DNA of 64,000 bases from a virus (taxonomy: Duplodnaviria > Caudoviricetes): positions 322-64,321 of the IMG/VR virus record IMGVR_UViG_3300020438_003185; one strand, 5' to 3'. The notes below the pieces were generated by a model. The model made no database searches. It saw nothing but the letters and a program-made list of their open reading frames with translations, and was not told the DNA's origin. The translations under genes and the position numbers were made by a program. Below are positions 1 to 8,783 of this stretch, in pieces (positions within the stretch are counted from its first letter, which is position 1; each line of letters begins with the position of its first letter).

Positions 1-2
1 TC

Positions 3-647
3 AATAAAAACTGGTGGGAAAATACTCAAGCTATTTCTTTAAATGCTTCTGTATTTACATGTCCAACGGCAGTTCCTCCTGCTGGTGGTTATGCTAATAT
101 TGATGGGCCTACTAGAGATGATGATAGTGCTGCTATTAGTATGAATCCTAATAATCTTGGATATACAGACTATGAAACTTTTACAGGGGTTAAGAGCAAG
201 ATATTTCCTGCTGCTAGTGATCCTTATGCAGCGAAGGATCGTAACGAAGGATGTTTAATTAAAGATGCTGTTACTAGAGATGCTCATATTAGAGATGGGT
301 TTTCTAATACTTTTTTAATTATAGAGTGTGCAAGTAGACCTGATGTTTATAAAGCAAGTAATGGTAGATCGGCAACAGGTGATACTAACCAGTGCATTGG
401 TTGGGCTGATAGTGTTGGGCCATTTAAGTTAGATGGTATGGATAGTAATGGAGATAAGTGTAAAAATTGTGCTGGTAATATTCCTTTTAATGTTACTAAT
501 AATGGTGAAGCATACAGTATGCACCCCGGAGTAATGAATACAGTATATGCAGACGGTTCTACTAGAACCGTTAATGATAATGTAGACTTGAGAGTTTTCG
601 CTAGTGCTATTACCCGTGCTGGTGGAGAAGTAGGAACCATTGACTAA
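3..647 (+). CDS. DUF1559-family (prepilin-associated H-X9-DG) protein, 5'-truncated by the window edge
   Basis: Frame is open from nt 3 (NKNWWENTQ...VFTCPT). It contains DGFSNTFLIIE and YSMH-PGVMNTVYA-DG (H-X9-DG) and ends TRAGGE, all typical of DUF1559 C-termini. Confidence 0.88.
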   Translation, partial: NKNWWENTQAISLNASVFTCPTAVPPAGGYANIDGPTRDDDSAAISMNPNNLGYTDYETFTGVKSKIFPAASDPYAAKDRNEGCLIKDAVTRDAHIRDGFSNTFLIIECASRPDVYKASNGRSATGDTNQCIGWADSVGPFKLDGMDSNGDKCKNCAGNIPFNVTNNGEAYSMHPGVMNTVYADGSTRTVNDNVDLRVFASAITRAGGEVGTID

Positions 648-759
648 ACCTCTAAGCAAAGAGTATTTATTGAGCAGAGGTGTTTGTTGTGGTAGTGGAT
701 GCAAAAACTGCCCCTACGTGCCTAAAAACACTAGGGGCAGCAAGGAAGTTAAAAAATGA
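640..759 (+). CDS. Small Cys-rich protein, DUF5522-like (39 aa, not in the ORF track)
   Basis: TTG start overlapping the upstream stop, after purine-rich GGAG/AGGA. Translates MTKPLSKEYLLSRGVCCGSGCKNCPYVPKNTRGSKEVKK, with an RGxCCGxGCxxCPY motif. Confidence 0.8.
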   Translation: MTKPLSKEYLLSRGVCCGSGCKNCPYVPKNTRGSKEVKK

Positions 760-959
760 ATATAATTGGTATATTTGAAATTGCTGCTGGAGTTATTCTG
801 GCTAAACTTGTGATAGGAATATTGAATGAAAGTTATTGGTATAAATGGGAGAGAGTACGCTTGGAATTTAACAAGCTATTCAGTAGACGCAAACGACAAG
901 CGAAAGAGATCAAAGTTCCACGTTCGCGCAAGAAAACTCTTGAAGACTATTTACCATAG
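756..959 (+). CDS. Small hypothetical membrane protein
   Basis: ATGA-coupled to the upstream ORF; N-terminal hydrophobic helix then a basic tail; overlaps the next ORF by 134 nt. Confidence 0.5.
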   Translation: MNIIGIFEIAAGVILAKLVIGILNESYWYKWERVRLEFNKLFSRRKRQAKEIKVPRSRKKTLEDYLP

Positions 960-1251
960 TTATAGAATACTTGAAGAGGTGAAGCTACCGGGAAGCACAC
1001 CATCTCACAGAAAGGGCGTACTGTATTTAGACTTTTATATACCACAGATTATGCTAGCTGTAGAGGTGCATGGTCAGCAACATTATAAGTACACGCCATT
1101 CTTTCACAAAAATAAAGCAGACTTTGCTATTGCAAAAGCTAAGGATGAAGATAAAATAGAATGGTGTGAATTGAACAAGATTGATATAATAGTATTGAAG
1201 CACTCTGATACAGACGAACAATGGAGAGATCAAATTGAAAACGGCGAGTGA
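826..1251 (+). CDS. Vsr/DUF559-like endonuclease
   Basis: LYLDFYIP..LAVEVHGQQHY and D..K..WCELNKI motifs. Confidence 0.75.
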   Translation: MKVIGINGREYAWNLTSYSVDANDKRKRSKFHVRARKLLKTIYHSYRILEEVKLPGSTPSHRKGVLYLDFYIPQIMLAVEVHGQQHYKYTPFFHKNKADFAIAKAKDEDKIEWCELNKIDIIVLKHSDTDEQWRDQIENGE

Positions 1252-1699
1252 GCAGTTAGCCGACTTGAAGGCTATGGTTGACGACTTTTTAAATGCTAGT
1301 AACGCTAGGTTTAACAAGAAGTTTAGGGAGGATTGGCACAGATGCGCTAATGCTAGCAGGGAAACCATTTCGTCTCTTACTAAAGACGAGTTATTCGCTT
1401 GGGCTTATGAACTGTATAGCTTCTCTACACATCTGCAAGATGAATTAAATATGCAGAAAATTGCACTGAACTGGTGCAACGATAAGTTAGATAAAATGGT
1501 AGCAAAAAACCACGATCAATTCAGCACATACACTAAGTTTGAGCAACGTAGACCATTGATCATTGTAAACGATGAATACGCAGCAACAGTAGATCATTAC
1601 CGCGAGATTGCAGAATCAAGAGTACAGGCGCTTGATGGTAAAATATATGAACTAAAACGTAAAGCAGACATTCTAATGGAAAAGGGGAAAAGATCATGA
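1235..1699 (+). CDS. Hypothetical helical protein (possibly a UvsY-like recombination mediator)
   Basis: 154 aa, helical/coiled-coil character, upstream of the helicase. The function is a guess. Confidence 0.6.
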   Translation: MKTASEQLADLKAMVDDFLNASNARFNKKFREDWHRCANASRETISSLTKDELFAWAYELYSFSTHLQDELNMQKIALNWCNDKLDKMVAKNHDQFSTYTKFEQRRPLIIVNDEYAATVDHYREIAESRVQALDGKIYELKRKADILMEKGKRS

Positions 1700-2076
1700 G
1701 TATGGATGAATTTGTACAAACATTATCGGAAGAACAAAAGGCTGCATTAATAAAAGCATTGGGTGGTAACACAGAAGTTGAAACTAGGTGGCAACATGAA
1801 GAACCAGTTTCAGAGGCTGTTGATGGTAATTTTCAAATGAAAAAACCAACGGAACGTCCTCCCAGAAGAAGCACGGTTAGAGCAGGAAAAAACACTTGGG
1901 TAGATGAAGGAGAATTAAAAGATGTCAAGACTCCAGACATTAAACCTACCCCAAGGAATAGAAAAGCTCCTAAAAAAAAGGACGTAACATGCAAGGCGTG
2001 TGGTAAAACATTTAAAATAAATGCAAGCTTAGTATTTGGTGAATTTTATCGTTGCGAAAGATGTATTGGCGGTTAA
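1696..2076 (+). CDS. Hypothetical protein with C-terminal zinc ribbon
   Basis: CKAC...CERC at the C-terminus; ATGA coupling. Confidence 0.7.
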   Translation: MSMDEFVQTLSEEQKAALIKALGGNTEVETRWQHEEPVSEAVDGNFQMKKPTERPPRRSTVRAGKNTWVDEGELKDVKTPDIKPTPRNRKAPKKKDVTCKACGKTFKINASLVFGEFYRCERCIGG

Positions 2077-2079
2077 TAA

Positions 2080-3546
2080 ATGGAAGAAAAACTTTTAGAT
2101 ATAGGTGCAGAACGTGCTGTTCTGGCTGGACTTTTACAAAACGGTGTTGATACATACGTAAACATATCAGATCTACTATGTAGTGAGAGCTTTGTTAATC
2201 CTAATAATAAAATTATTTACAAATGCATAGAACATATTATAAGTAATGATCAAAAGCCAGATGTCGCCACGCTTTTAGCTGCTGCTGAACAGTTGAATTT
2301 CATAGAACAAATAAGTACTAAACAGGAGCTTAACTATATCAACTCTTTATATGAGTTTCCTGTTTCACAGGATAATATATTTAGCTTTGCCGTACAGATG
2401 AAGAAATTTGAGTTTGCACGTAAGATAAAAAACCTTACAGTAAAAGTTCATAAAGACATGGACGATGTTAATGGATCAGAAAGCATTAACGAAATCATAC
2501 AAAAGCTAGAAGATCCAGTAACAGATTTTTTGAGAGAAGACGATGGCGGTGAAAACCCAGAAAAAATAGGAGAAGGTATAGAAGATTATGTCACATTCCT
2601 CGAAGAAAATAAATGCGATATCATTGGTATACCCACGGGATTCTCTAGATATGACCAAGCCATTGGGGGTGGTCTTAGAAGAAAATGCGTTGACCTTGTA
2701 TCTGCAAGACCCAAAGTTGGTAAATCAGTGTTCGCTGATAATGTTGCCCTTAACGTATCTTCCACGGGAGTACCCGTATTAGTATTAGATACCGAGATGT
2801 CTAAAGAAGACCATCTTAATAGACTAATTGCTAACATAAGCGGTGTGCCTATCAACGAAGTCGCCACGGGACAGTTTATTGATGATCCTGTAAAGCACGA
2901 TAAAGTAAAAGAAGCTGTTGCTAAAATAGAATCAATCCCTTACAGCTATATAAGTGTGGCTGGCAAGCCATTTGAAAATATTGTGAATCTTATAAGAAGA
3001 TGGATAGTTCAGGAAGTTAAATCTGACGAGTCGGGTAAAACCAATGATTGTTTAATTATATATGATTATCTGAAGCTTATGTCTTCTTCATCTATAACAA
3101 ACAATATACAAGAGTATCAAGCTTTAGGGTTTCAAATCACTTCTTTGCATAACCTTTGTGTAAAGCTAGACATACCCTGTCTATCCTTTGTTCAATTAAA
3201 TCGTGACGGTATAACAAAAGAAAGCACTGACGCAGTTAGCGGGTCTGATAGACTTGTTTGGCTATGCACATCTTTTAGTATATTCAAATCTAAATCTACA
3301 GAAGAACTTGCTGAAGACGGTCCAAATGCTGGTAATAGAAAATTAGTACCTATTGTTTCTAGACACGGCGCTGGATTAGATGATGGAGATTATATTAATA
3401 TGCAAATGCAGGGCGCACACGCTAAACTTTTAGAACTGAAGACAAGAAATGAATTTAAAAATGCTCCTGTTGGCGACACTGGATTAATTTCAGACATAGA
3501 TAAGATTAAAGATGAACTTAAAGAAACTAAAGAAGACTCTGAATAA
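2080..3546 (+). CDS. dnaB: Replicative DNA helicase, DnaB family
   Basis: AERAVL N-terminus, GIPTGF, Walker A ARPKVGKS, TEMS, IIYDYL, QLNR. Confidence 0.95.
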   Translation: MEEKLLDIGAERAVLAGLLQNGVDTYVNISDLLCSESFVNPNNKIIYKCIEHIISNDQKPDVATLLAAAEQLNFIEQISTKQELNYINSLYEFPVSQDNIFSFAVQMKKFEFARKIKNLTVKVHKDMDDVNGSESINEIIQKLEDPVTDFLREDDGGENPEKIGEGIEDYVTFLEENKCDIIGIPTGFSRYDQAIGGGLRRKCVDLVSARPKVGKSVFADNVALNVSSTGVPVLVLDTEMSKEDHLNRLIANISGVPINEVATGQFIDDPVKHDKVKEAVAKIESIPYSYISVAGKPFENIVNLIRRWIVQEVKSDESGKTNDCLIIYDYLKLMSSSSITNNIQEYQALGFQITSLHNLCVKLDIPCLSFVQLNRDGITKESTDAVSGSDRLVWLCTSFSIFKSKSTEELAEDGPNAGNRKLVPIVSRHGAGLDDGDYINMQMQGAHAKLLELKTRNEFKNAPVGDTGLISDIDKIKDELKETKEDSE

Positions 3547-4534
3547 AAATATTGAAACTGTATTGCAGAAGCTTGGAATAGAATACGAAGCTTTTAGTGA
3601 TAATATATATTCAGTATGCCCATGTCACGAACATAGTGATAACCCAAGAGCTTTTTCTTATTCTATTGATAAAGGAATATGGAAATGTTGGACTAGAGAT
3701 TGTCAAAATGAATTTAACAATGACATATTTGGTTTAATAAAAGGTGCGTTATCGCAAAAAACTGGAACAGACCTTGAGTTTAAAGATGTATTAAAATGGG
3801 TATGTGAAGAATTTAAGATAGACAAAGGTAGTTACGAAGGATCTTCAACCCCTATAGAGCAAGAAGATGATTTTACAAATTTAATTAAATCAATATCTAT
3901 AAAGTCTAATACTAATTTTAATGACAAGGAAATAAATAATCCTTACTCAGTAGAATATCCCTCGGATTATTTCTTATCAAGAGGATTTAAAAAAACTACT
4001 TTAAAATATTTTAACGTGGGAGATTGTCATGATACAGGTATAATGAAAGAAAGGTCTATCATACCTATCCATGATGACTCTGGATATAAGCTAGTGGGAA
4101 TGATTGGTAGAACAATGAAGGCGTATAGAATGCCAAAATTTTTGATATATCCATCTGGCTTTAATAAGCGTCACTATTTTTATAATTATCATAGGGCAAT
4201 AGACAAAATCAAAGAAACTAATTGTTTATATATAGTAGAGGGTCAAGGAGACGTTTGGAAACTTCATGAGGCTGGAGTAAAGAATGCTGTTAGTATTTTT
4301 GGCAAAAGTATTTCCAAAGATCAAGAAAATAAGATAAAGAAATTACCCATAACAAGACTCGTAATACTCATGGACAATGATCAAGCCGGGAGAGAGGCTA
4401 GAGTCCAAATACAAAGACAGTTTGGAAGAATGTATAGGCTTACATTTCCACATTTAAGCGATAAAGATGTTGGAGACATGTCAGTATATAAGATTAAAAA
4501 AGATATTTTAAGCAATTTAAAAGGAACTTATTAA
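3512..4534 (+). CDS. dnaG: DNA primase (zinc finger + Toprim)
   Basis: CPCH...CWTRDC zinc finger; VEGQGD; MDNDQAG; KDVGD. Confidence 0.93.
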   Translation: MNLKKLKKTLNKNIETVLQKLGIEYEAFSDNIYSVCPCHEHSDNPRAFSYSIDKGIWKCWTRDCQNEFNNDIFGLIKGALSQKTGTDLEFKDVLKWVCEEFKIDKGSYEGSSTPIEQEDDFTNLIKSISIKSNTNFNDKEINNPYSVEYPSDYFLSRGFKKTTLKYFNVGDCHDTGIMKERSIIPIHDDSGYKLVGMIGRTMKAYRMPKFLIYPSGFNKRHYFYNYHRAIDKIKETNCLYIVEGQGDVWKLHEAGVKNAVSIFGKSISKDQENKIKKLPITRLVILMDNDQAGREARVQIQRQFGRMYRLTFPHLSDKDVGDMSVYKIKKDILSNLKGTY

Positions 4535-5259
4535 TGAAAATTATAGGTATAGCTGGCAGAAAACAATCTGGTAAAAACACTGTAGCTAATTACATTAACG
4601 GATCTATCTTACAGAGTTTAGATATGATATCTGATTTTGAGATTGGAAATAATGGAGAGCTTGAAATAAAAACTAAAGATAGCTCTGGCACTGATGGGTG
4701 GGGTGTTTTTGATGTGACTAGGAAAGATGAAGAATTTATAAGCTATGCGGAGAACTCTTTGTTTCCTTATGTAAAGGTATACCATTTTGCAGACCCTCTT
4801 AAGTTAATGGCTATAGATTTTTTTGATTTAGAACCACAGCAAGTTTATGGAACTGATAAAGATAAGAACACCTCAACGCCATACACTCAGAATGGTTGGA
4901 AGCATAAGATGACATCTAGAGAATTCTTACAGTACTTTGGCACAGAAGTTATGAGAAAGATAAAAGATACAGTGTGGGTGGACTACACTATAAAAAAGAT
5001 ACAACAAGAACAATCGTCTGTAGCAATCATACCTGACGTTAGATTTCCAAACGAGGTAGATGCAATTAAGAAAGCGGGAGGCGTAGTTATTAGATTAGAC
5101 AGGAATATCTATGACGACCAGCATGTTTGCGAAACCGCTTTAGATAAAGATAAATATGATTGGGATAATTTTGATTATATTATTAACAACAATGACTCTT
5201 CTCTGTCTGATTTATGTAAATCTTTAGGAAAGTTAAAACACTTTTGGAGTAACTTATGA
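4534..5259 (+). CDS. Deoxynucleoside monophosphate kinase (T4 gp1-like)
   Basis: IIGIAGRKQSGKNT, FADPLK, REFLQYFGTE, DVRFPNE, H..E. Confidence 0.9.
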   Translation: MKIIGIAGRKQSGKNTVANYINGSILQSLDMISDFEIGNNGELEIKTKDSSGTDGWGVFDVTRKDEEFISYAENSLFPYVKVYHFADPLKLMAIDFFDLEPQQVYGTDKDKNTSTPYTQNGWKHKMTSREFLQYFGTEVMRKIKDTVWVDYTIKKIQQEQSSVAIIPDVRFPNEVDAIKKAGGVVIRLDRNIYDDQHVCETALDKDKYDWDNFDYIINNNDSSLSDLCKSLGKLKHFWSNL

Positions 5260-6293
5260 TAATAACTTATGTCAGATCTTCTAGTTATAATAATTACTCC
5301 TATTGTGAGATGCAATATTTTATGACATATGTACTGGGCCACCAATCTAAAAGTGGCAAAAAGGCAGACATGGGTACAATGGTTCATAAAGTCATGGAAG
5401 TTTTAGCTGGATTAAAAAAGTATGAGCAAGACAAACCTAAAGTTAAATTCTTAAAAGTCGATGACGATGCTATTGGTAAGTTTAAATGTAGAAAAGAAGA
5501 ACTGCATACCGAGGAGTTAGTAAATCAATTAATTACTCTTAGTATAGATTCTTATGAAAAAAACTCTCCTCACAGCTTTAACGGTAAAGACAGAGGAGAA
5601 ATAGCTACAACGGCATGGTGCTTCCTAAAGCATAGCGACGGTCAATTCGACCCAAGGCTTAGAGACATACACTTTCCAGAGCCTCATTTTGATATACCGA
5701 TTGAAGAAGATTGGGCTAAGTTTGAGTATGAGATAGATGGAAAAATGATTCAAGGACAATTAGCAATCAAAGGCACGATAGACCTTGTTACCAAAATTAA
5801 TGATGACACAATCGAGGTAATTGATTGGAAAACTGGAAGAAGAATGGATTGGGCTACGGGAGAAGTAAAAGATTATAAAAAATTAGAAAATGACCCACAG
5901 TTATTGCTATATTATTATGCTATTTCTAAATTATATCCAGAGTTTCCTAACAGGATTATGAGTATATTCTTCTACAAGAACAAAGATGGAGATCCTGACC
6001 CATCACCCTTTAGTCTATGCTTTTCTCCAGAAGACGAAGAAAGGTTTTTAGAAATGTTAAAAAATAGGGTTGCAGAAATAAGGCAAAATATTACCCCTAA
6101 ACCACTAGATCCTAACAGAAAACACTGGAAATGTAAGAATTTGTGTCATTTTTGCAAGACTAAATGGGGTGATACAGACGACAATATGTGTATTTATATA
6201 GAGAAGCACTTAAAAGAACATGGAATGGACAAAACTATTGCAGATTGCAGTAGAGAAGGGTTTGACATAGGATATTATGAGGCTCCCGGCTAA
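5256..6293 (+). CDS. PD-(D/E)XK exonuclease, Cas4/RecB/AddB-like
   Basis: N-terminal YSYC, GTMVH, GTIDLV, IDWKTG, QLLLY and a C-terminal Cys cluster CKNLCHFC...C. Confidence 0.88.
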   Translation: MIITYVRSSSYNNYSYCEMQYFMTYVLGHQSKSGKKADMGTMVHKVMEVLAGLKKYEQDKPKVKFLKVDDDAIGKFKCRKEELHTEELVNQLITLSIDSYEKNSPHSFNGKDRGEIATTAWCFLKHSDGQFDPRLRDIHFPEPHFDIPIEEDWAKFEYEIDGKMIQGQLAIKGTIDLVTKINDDTIEVIDWKTGRRMDWATGEVKDYKKLENDPQLLLYYYAISKLYPEFPNRIMSIFFYKNKDGDPDPSPFSLCFSPEDEERFLEMLKNRVAEIRQNITPKPLDPNRKHWKCKNLCHFCKTKWGDTDDNMCIYIEKHLKEHGMDKTIADCSREGFDIGYYEAPG

Positions 6294-7147
6294 TGAAAAA
6301 AACTTTATCAATAGGAATGTGTACTCACGATGATATACATGGAGTGTATTTTTCTTTACAGGCTCTTAGATTATATCATCCAATAGTACAAACAGACGCT
6401 GTAGAATTAATAGTAGTAGATAATAATCCAGAATCTGTACATGGACAGGCTCTACAAAAATGGATTAAAGGCTGGTGTCAGGCAAAGGTTAAATACATAC
6501 CTTATACAGAAAAAAAATCTACATCATCAAGAAATCTAATATTTGAGAACGCAGAAGGAAAATACTGCATAAGCATGGATTGCCATGTAATGTTTCCTAC
6601 AGGATCTTTGGAATATCTTTTAGCCTATTATAAAGATAAACCAAACTGCAAAGATTTAGTTCAAGGACCATTAATGTATGATAATATACATGGATATTCC
6701 ACACATTTTAAACCAATGTGGGGAGGCGATATGTATGGTCAATGGGGAAAAAATACAGAGGAATGTGAAAAGGGTGTTCCTTTTGACATACCAATGCAAG
6801 GACTAGGAGTTTTTTCTTGTGAAACTAAAAACTGGCTAGGGTTCAACCCTCTTTTTAAAGGTTTTGGTGGAGAAGAAGGATACATACACGAAAAATTTAG
6901 GCAACATGGAGGAAGAGCAGTTTGTATACCTCAATTCAAATGGTTGCACAGATTTTTGAGACCAGACGGCGTTACCTATCCGTTGGTTTTAGAGGATAGA
7001 GTTTGGAATTATTTTGTTGGATGGTTAGAATTAAAAAAAGATCCTAGCCATCCAATGATTAAAGAAATATATGATAATTTTAGCAAGCGTATGAAAAAAG
7101 AAAAAATAGACGAGATATTGAGACTAGCAATTCAAACTATTACATAA
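6293..7147 (+). CDS. Glycosyltransferase family 2 (GT-A)
   Basis: LIVVDNN, SRN, MDCH (DxD-like), FKGFGGEE. Confidence 0.85.
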   Translation: MKKTLSIGMCTHDDIHGVYFSLQALRLYHPIVQTDAVELIVVDNNPESVHGQALQKWIKGWCQAKVKYIPYTEKKSTSSRNLIFENAEGKYCISMDCHVMFPTGSLEYLLAYYKDKPNCKDLVQGPLMYDNIHGYSTHFKPMWGGDMYGQWGKNTEECEKGVPFDIPMQGLGVFSCETKNWLGFNPLFKGFGGEEGYIHEKFRQHGGRAVCIPQFKWLHRFLRPDGVTYPLVLEDRVWNYFVGWLELKKDPSHPMIKEIYDNFSKRMKKEKIDEILRLAIQTIT

Positions 7148-7163
7148 ATAACAGGAGTGTAAA

Positions 7164-7757
7164 ATGTCAGATATAAATGAAGTTGATATTCAATATACAA
7201 CAGACACATATGGTTTTACTGAAGAGCTGACAGAAGAAAACTTCTATCTTCCAGCAGAAGCAGAATATGAGGATTTTGGCGAAGCTGAAGAAGAGCATGA
7301 CGCTGCTTCCTTGTGGGAAAATATTCGTAAGAAGAAGGAGCGCGAAGGCAAAAACTATAAACCCGCCAAGAAGGGTGATAAAGACAGGCCAGATCCAGAA
7401 GCTTGGAAAAAGGCACAGTCAGAACCTTCTGAAAAACAAAAGAAATCGCTTGATAAAAACAAAGATGGTAAAGTTACCAAAGAAGATTTTGAATTGCTAC
7501 GTAAGGGTAAAGGCGCTGAATACCAAGGTAAAAAAGTTAAACTTGGAAAGCCGTTTCTAACCCCGGACGGTCCTAAGAAAAGAAGCGTCTACGTAAAAAA
7601 TGGTTCTGGCAATGTTGTTAAAGTAAATTTTGGCGACCCCAACATGTCTATCAAAAAGGATAATCCAGCAAGAAGAAAGTCTTTTCGTGCTAGACACAAT
7701 TGCGAGAATCCGGGTCCAAAGTGGAAGGCTAGATACTGGTCATGCAAAGCTTGGTAA
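7164..7757 (+). CDS. Conserved phage hypothetical protein with an EF-hand-like loop
   Basis: AGGAG RBS; acidic N-terminus; DKNKDGKVTKED loop; C-terminal VNFGDPNM..RRKSFRARHNC..ARYWSC domain that I recall from aquatic phages. Confidence 0.75.
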   Translation: MSDINEVDIQYTTDTYGFTEELTEENFYLPAEAEYEDFGEAEEEHDAASLWENIRKKKEREGKNYKPAKKGDKDRPDPEAWKKAQSEPSEKQKKSLDKNKDGKVTKEDFELLRKGKGAEYQGKKVKLGKPFLTPDGPKKRSVYVKNGSGNVVKVNFGDPNMSIKKDNPARRKSFRARHNCENPGPKWKARYWSCKAW

Positions 7758-7969
7758 AAAAGTGGAAAGATCATCTAGGCCACAACAACATGACTTACTG
7801 GCAACATTTAAAGTTTGCCGTAGGTCATGGTGTATGTTGTATCAAGGCCGGTGTATATTTATGTATACATGGTTTACTACCATGTTTTAGACGCAGGGCT
7901 GGTGAAAGATTAGTTCATAGGCTAGATAAAGACTTCACAGAGCATAAGAAAAATGTCAATAATAAGTAA
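7742..7969 (+). CDS. DUF6356-like small protein
   Basis: HL....TY.QH..FA ... IHG..P.F pattern. Confidence 0.65.
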   Translation: MQSLVKKWKDHLGHNNMTYWQHLKFAVGHGVCCIKAGVYLCIHGLLPCFRRRAGERLVHRLDKDFTEHKKNVNNK

Positions 7970-8648
7970 CATAGACAAACTGATTAAATCAGAGCCAAAC
8001 ATAGATGATGTTGGTTATCTAAAAAACAAGATGACATATCAAGATGATATTAATAATAATATTGTTAAGATAGATTGGTTGAAAATTCTTGATGCTCCCC
8101 CTAAAAATAGTAATCCAAAGACTACTAGAGAACTACACGCTATTAGTAAGGCTACTGTGAACAGAACTTCCAAAGAAGTAGATTTAGTCATAAGGGTAGA
8201 CAGAGATCCAGTGGCTTTATTTGTTGATTTTTTGGAAAAGAAAAATTTGAAATTCCCAAAGAGTAAATTTTATACATTTTATGATTTCCTTGAGCCTTAT
8301 ATATATGGATTGAAATATCACTTTAATAGGGCTAGGCCAGAACAACTTGCCCACTATCATAATATAAACTTAAAAATTCTTTATACAGACAGTCATCACA
8401 CGCCGTCTTATCCTAGCGGTCACGCTATGTACGCTGAACTGGCAGCTAATATATTATCTGACGAATATCCAGAATACAAATCTAATTTTTTTGAAATAGC
8501 AAAATTTTGTGGATTGGCTAGAGTTCTACAGGGAGTACACTTTCCATCAGATAACGAAGCTAGCGTTAAAGCGGTTAGTGTATTATATCCTTTAATAAAG
8601 AAAGGTATAGAAAATGTCAAAACCAGTAAAGAGTTTCCCTTTAAGTAA
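7953..8648 (+). CDS. PAP2-superfamily phosphatase
   Basis: Three PAP2 motifs: KYHFNRARP, PSYPSGH, RVLQGVHFPSD. Confidence 0.9.
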   Translation: MSIISNIDKLIKSEPNIDDVGYLKNKMTYQDDINNNIVKIDWLKILDAPPKNSNPKTTRELHAISKATVNRTSKEVDLVIRVDRDPVALFVDFLEKKNLKFPKSKFYTFYDFLEPYIYGLKYHFNRARPEQLAHYHNINLKILYTDSHHTPSYPSGHAMYAELAANILSDEYPEYKSNFFEIAKFCGLARVLQGVHFPSDNEASVKAVSVLYPLIKKGIENVKTSKEFPFK

Positions 8649-8712
8649 TGTTCCTTCACCAAAAGAGCCAGTAAAAAGACCATTACCACCATTGCAAAAA
8701 CCTAAAAATTAA
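8614..8712 (+). CDS. Possible small Pro/Lys-rich peptide (32 aa)
   Basis: MSKPVKSFPLSNVPSPKEPVKRPLPPLQKPKN; AAAGG upstream; fills the gap before the dnaE promoter. Confidence 0.35.
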   Translation: MSKPVKSFPLSNVPSPKEPVKRPLPPLQKPKN

Positions 8713-8714
8713 CT

Positions 8715-8762
8715 TTGTGAAATATTGAACAGGATGGTACAATCCTATAGGATAGATTGTAC
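8715..8762 (+). promoter_or_regulatory. Sigma70-like promoter of dnaE with overlapping inverted repeat
   Basis: TTGTGA(8715)-N17-TACAAT(8738) with extended -10 TG; inverted repeat GTACAATC-N10-GATTGTAC at 8737-8762; AGGAG RBS follows. Confidence 0.6.
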
Positions 8763-8783
8763 ATTGACTTAGGAGATAGCTAA

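Noticed and set aside
5256-6293. Cas4-like gene as evidence of CRISPR-Cas
   Set aside because: No cas1/cas2 or array in the window; stand-alone Cas4-like nucleases are common in phage replication modules.
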